A DNA stretch of 64,000 nucleotides, taken from assembly GCA_965218095.1 (NCBI GenBank), contig OZ244587.1, positions 3,584,001 through 3,648,000 of the forward strand, in the 5' to 3' direction. Origin of the DNA: Candidatus Poribacteria bacterium. GTDB lineage: Bacteria; Poribacteria; WGA-4E; PCPOR2b. The notes beneath the pieces are model-generated. The model had not been told where the DNA came from. It saw nothing but the letters and a program-made list of their open reading frames with translations, and did not search any database. The translations under genes were made by a program, and so were the position numbers. Positions 62,391 through 64,000 of this stretch are shown here, piece after piece (positions within the stretch are counted from its first letter, which is position 1; each line of letters starts with the position of its first letter).

Positions 62391-64000
62391 CTAAAAATCA
62401 AGCCGATACAAAAACTTCACGTTCCGTCCCGGCTCCGGCATCACCGATTTGATTCTCGACAGGTGCTGACGGTATTCGGTGTCGAAAATATTCTCAACCG
62501 CGAAAACCGTCTGATGCTGAAGTCGCCACATCGGGAACGCCAATTGGAAGCCCACATCGTAGACGATGTATCCGTCCGTCGGTTCTTCAAATTCGCCCAA
62601 CCGATGCTGGTCGTCTGAAAATCGCGCCGTGAAGTGAAGGTTTAGCGGCCGCGTCACGTACCGCAGAGCCACTTTTCCGTTGAGCGGCGGGATGCGTTCA
62701 AGCGATAATCCGCGGACCGCCAAAGCCCCTTTGACGTAACTCATGCGCATCTGCGCGTGAAATCGTGGAGCGATTTCTGCGTCAATGCTAAATTCGGCGC
62801 CATCAAGGATGGCGTCTTGTCCCCGGTATTGATACATCCACAGCCACCCCGCTGCACTGCTACCCCACTCCTTTTCCCCTGTGTCAGTCGGAATCAGATA
62901 GCCGTAAATCTGGTTGCGGAAGTAGGCGAGATTCAGTTTCACCCGTTCGTCCGAATAGCGCAGAAACCCTTCCGTCCCGAAGCCATCCTCTGAACCGAGT
63001 TCGGCGTTACCGATTTCGTAGGAATAGATCGCGAGATGAGGGCCGTCTGAAAAAAGTTCCTCGATTCCCGGTGCGCGAAATGTCTTCATCAAGGTGGCAC
63101 CAGCCCCCAAGTTGTCGCTCCAGTGATAGATACTCGAAACTGTGCTCGACACACCGCCGAAGTCCCGTCGCTGCACCGTTCCTGCGCGGACGACGGCACC
63201 TTCCACAAACGGCTCAACCCGTTTGATGTCGTAGCGAATCGCGCCTTGTAGCGTGAAGTCGTTGAGTCGCTTCTGTTTGAAATAGAAACCCGCCAAAGAC
63301 ATCTCCCGCGTGTGCGGTGTCCAGTAAAACCCGCCCGTCGCATGGTCACGATACTTGCCCCAAATGCCCGCAACTGCATCGCCGCGCGAGTGAGCGAGCG
63401 CGGACACGTTGTATGTCAATACACCAAACTCAACGCCGAGCGTATTGTTTGATTCAAACTCCTGATGCTGATAGCGTGTGTAGGTCGAGTGCAGTTTCAG
63501 TTTCTCAAGCAATGCCTCCTCAAACGCATACTCAAGGTTGCCTTCATACCGCTGGCGGTCGAGGGCAATGCTAACGCCTTTGATATGCCCTTCCGGCGAG
63601 CCGGGAATCCCGTAATCTGAACGGTAGCGCCCGCCTGAAATCCCGATGTGTCCCCAATCCTTGACCACTGAAGCACCTGTCGAAAAATTGGTGTTCGATA
63701 ACGACGTGTTTTCTAAAATACCGATGGGGGTTTGCGTATCGTCGGCATGGCGGTGATTCCACGCCAACCGCCACGCAAGGTCGCCGATCGGAATCGTCAC
63801 CCCTGTCGTCCTGGTCAGTCCTGAGTTGACCGACTCACTCTGAAATGTGAGTTTCACCGTTGGGCAGTCGGGAAGGGTTTGCGGGATGGTCTCGCGCTTG
63901 ACATTGACGACACCGCCGAGTGTGTTCGAGCCGTAGATCAGCGACGCCGGACCGCGCGTAATCTCGATATTTCTCGCGGTGGTTGGGTCAATCGCAACCG
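62391..64000 (-). CDS. TonB-dependent receptor, 5' end outside window
   Basis: IEITRGPASLIYGSNTLGGVVNV plug motif, FRAPGIEEL, ENIFDTEY, PGRN, terminal F. Confidence 0.93.
   Translation of the reverse strand, partial: VAIDPTTARNIEITRGPASLIYGSNTLGGVVNVKRETIPQTLPDCPTVKLTFQSESVNSGLTRTTGVTIPIGDLAWRLAWNHRHADDTQTPIGILENTSLSNTNFSTGASVVKDWGHIGISGGRYRSDYGIPGSPEGHIKGVSIALDRQRYEGNLEYAFEEALLEKLKLHSTYTRYQHQEFESNNTLGVEFGVLTYNVSALAHSRGDAVAGIWGKYRDHATGGFYWTPHTREMSLAGFYFKQKRLNDFTLQGAIRYDIKRVEPFVEGAVVRAGTVQRRDFGGVSSTVSSIYHWSDNLGAGATLMKTFRAPGIEELFSDGPHLAIYSYEIGNAELGSEDGFGTEGFLRYSDERVKLNLAYFRNQIYGYLIPTDTGEKEWGSSAAGWLWMYQYRGQDAILDGAEFSIDAEIAPRFHAQMRMSYVKGALAVRGLSLERIPPLNGKVALRYVTRPLNLHFTARFSDDQHRLGEFEEPTDGYIVYDVGFQLAFPMWRLQHQTVFAVENIFDTEYRQHLSRIKSVMPEPGRNVKFLYRLDF

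Noticed and set aside
1-64000. CRISPR array, tRNA or rRNA genes
   Set aside because: No regularly spaced direct repeats and no recognisable tRNA or rRNA sequence seen by eye.

Overview
About 50% GC bacterial window with mostly metabolic and housekeeping genes: dnaK (5'-truncated), HtrA, DinG, rlmB, radC, RecD2, thrC-like, a type-E-like sdhA/sdhB/HdrB-like set, many hydrolases and oxidoreductases, a large secreted S8 peptidase, and a TonB receptor cut by the window end. The gene content resembles Candidatus Poribacteria (inference only). Decay and small mobile DNA are abundant: about a dozen pseudogenes, IS982-, DDE-, IS3- and TnpB-type elements, several MITE-like elements and palindromes. The best find is a 1443-nt group IIB-type intron (17485-18927) inserted antisense into a larA-family gene; removing it restores the frame across the junction exactly. 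It encodes no reverse transcriptase, and its domain IV instead carries small ORFs with strong RBSs, a long hairpin and an opposite-strand membrane peptide. Also notable are a Met-rich leader peptide with terminator/antiterminator before the thrC-like gene, an orphan gene flanked by a duplicated sdhA 3' end, and palindromes inserted in frame into coding sequences. No CRISPR array, tRNA or rRNA was seen. All calls were made by eye without database searches.
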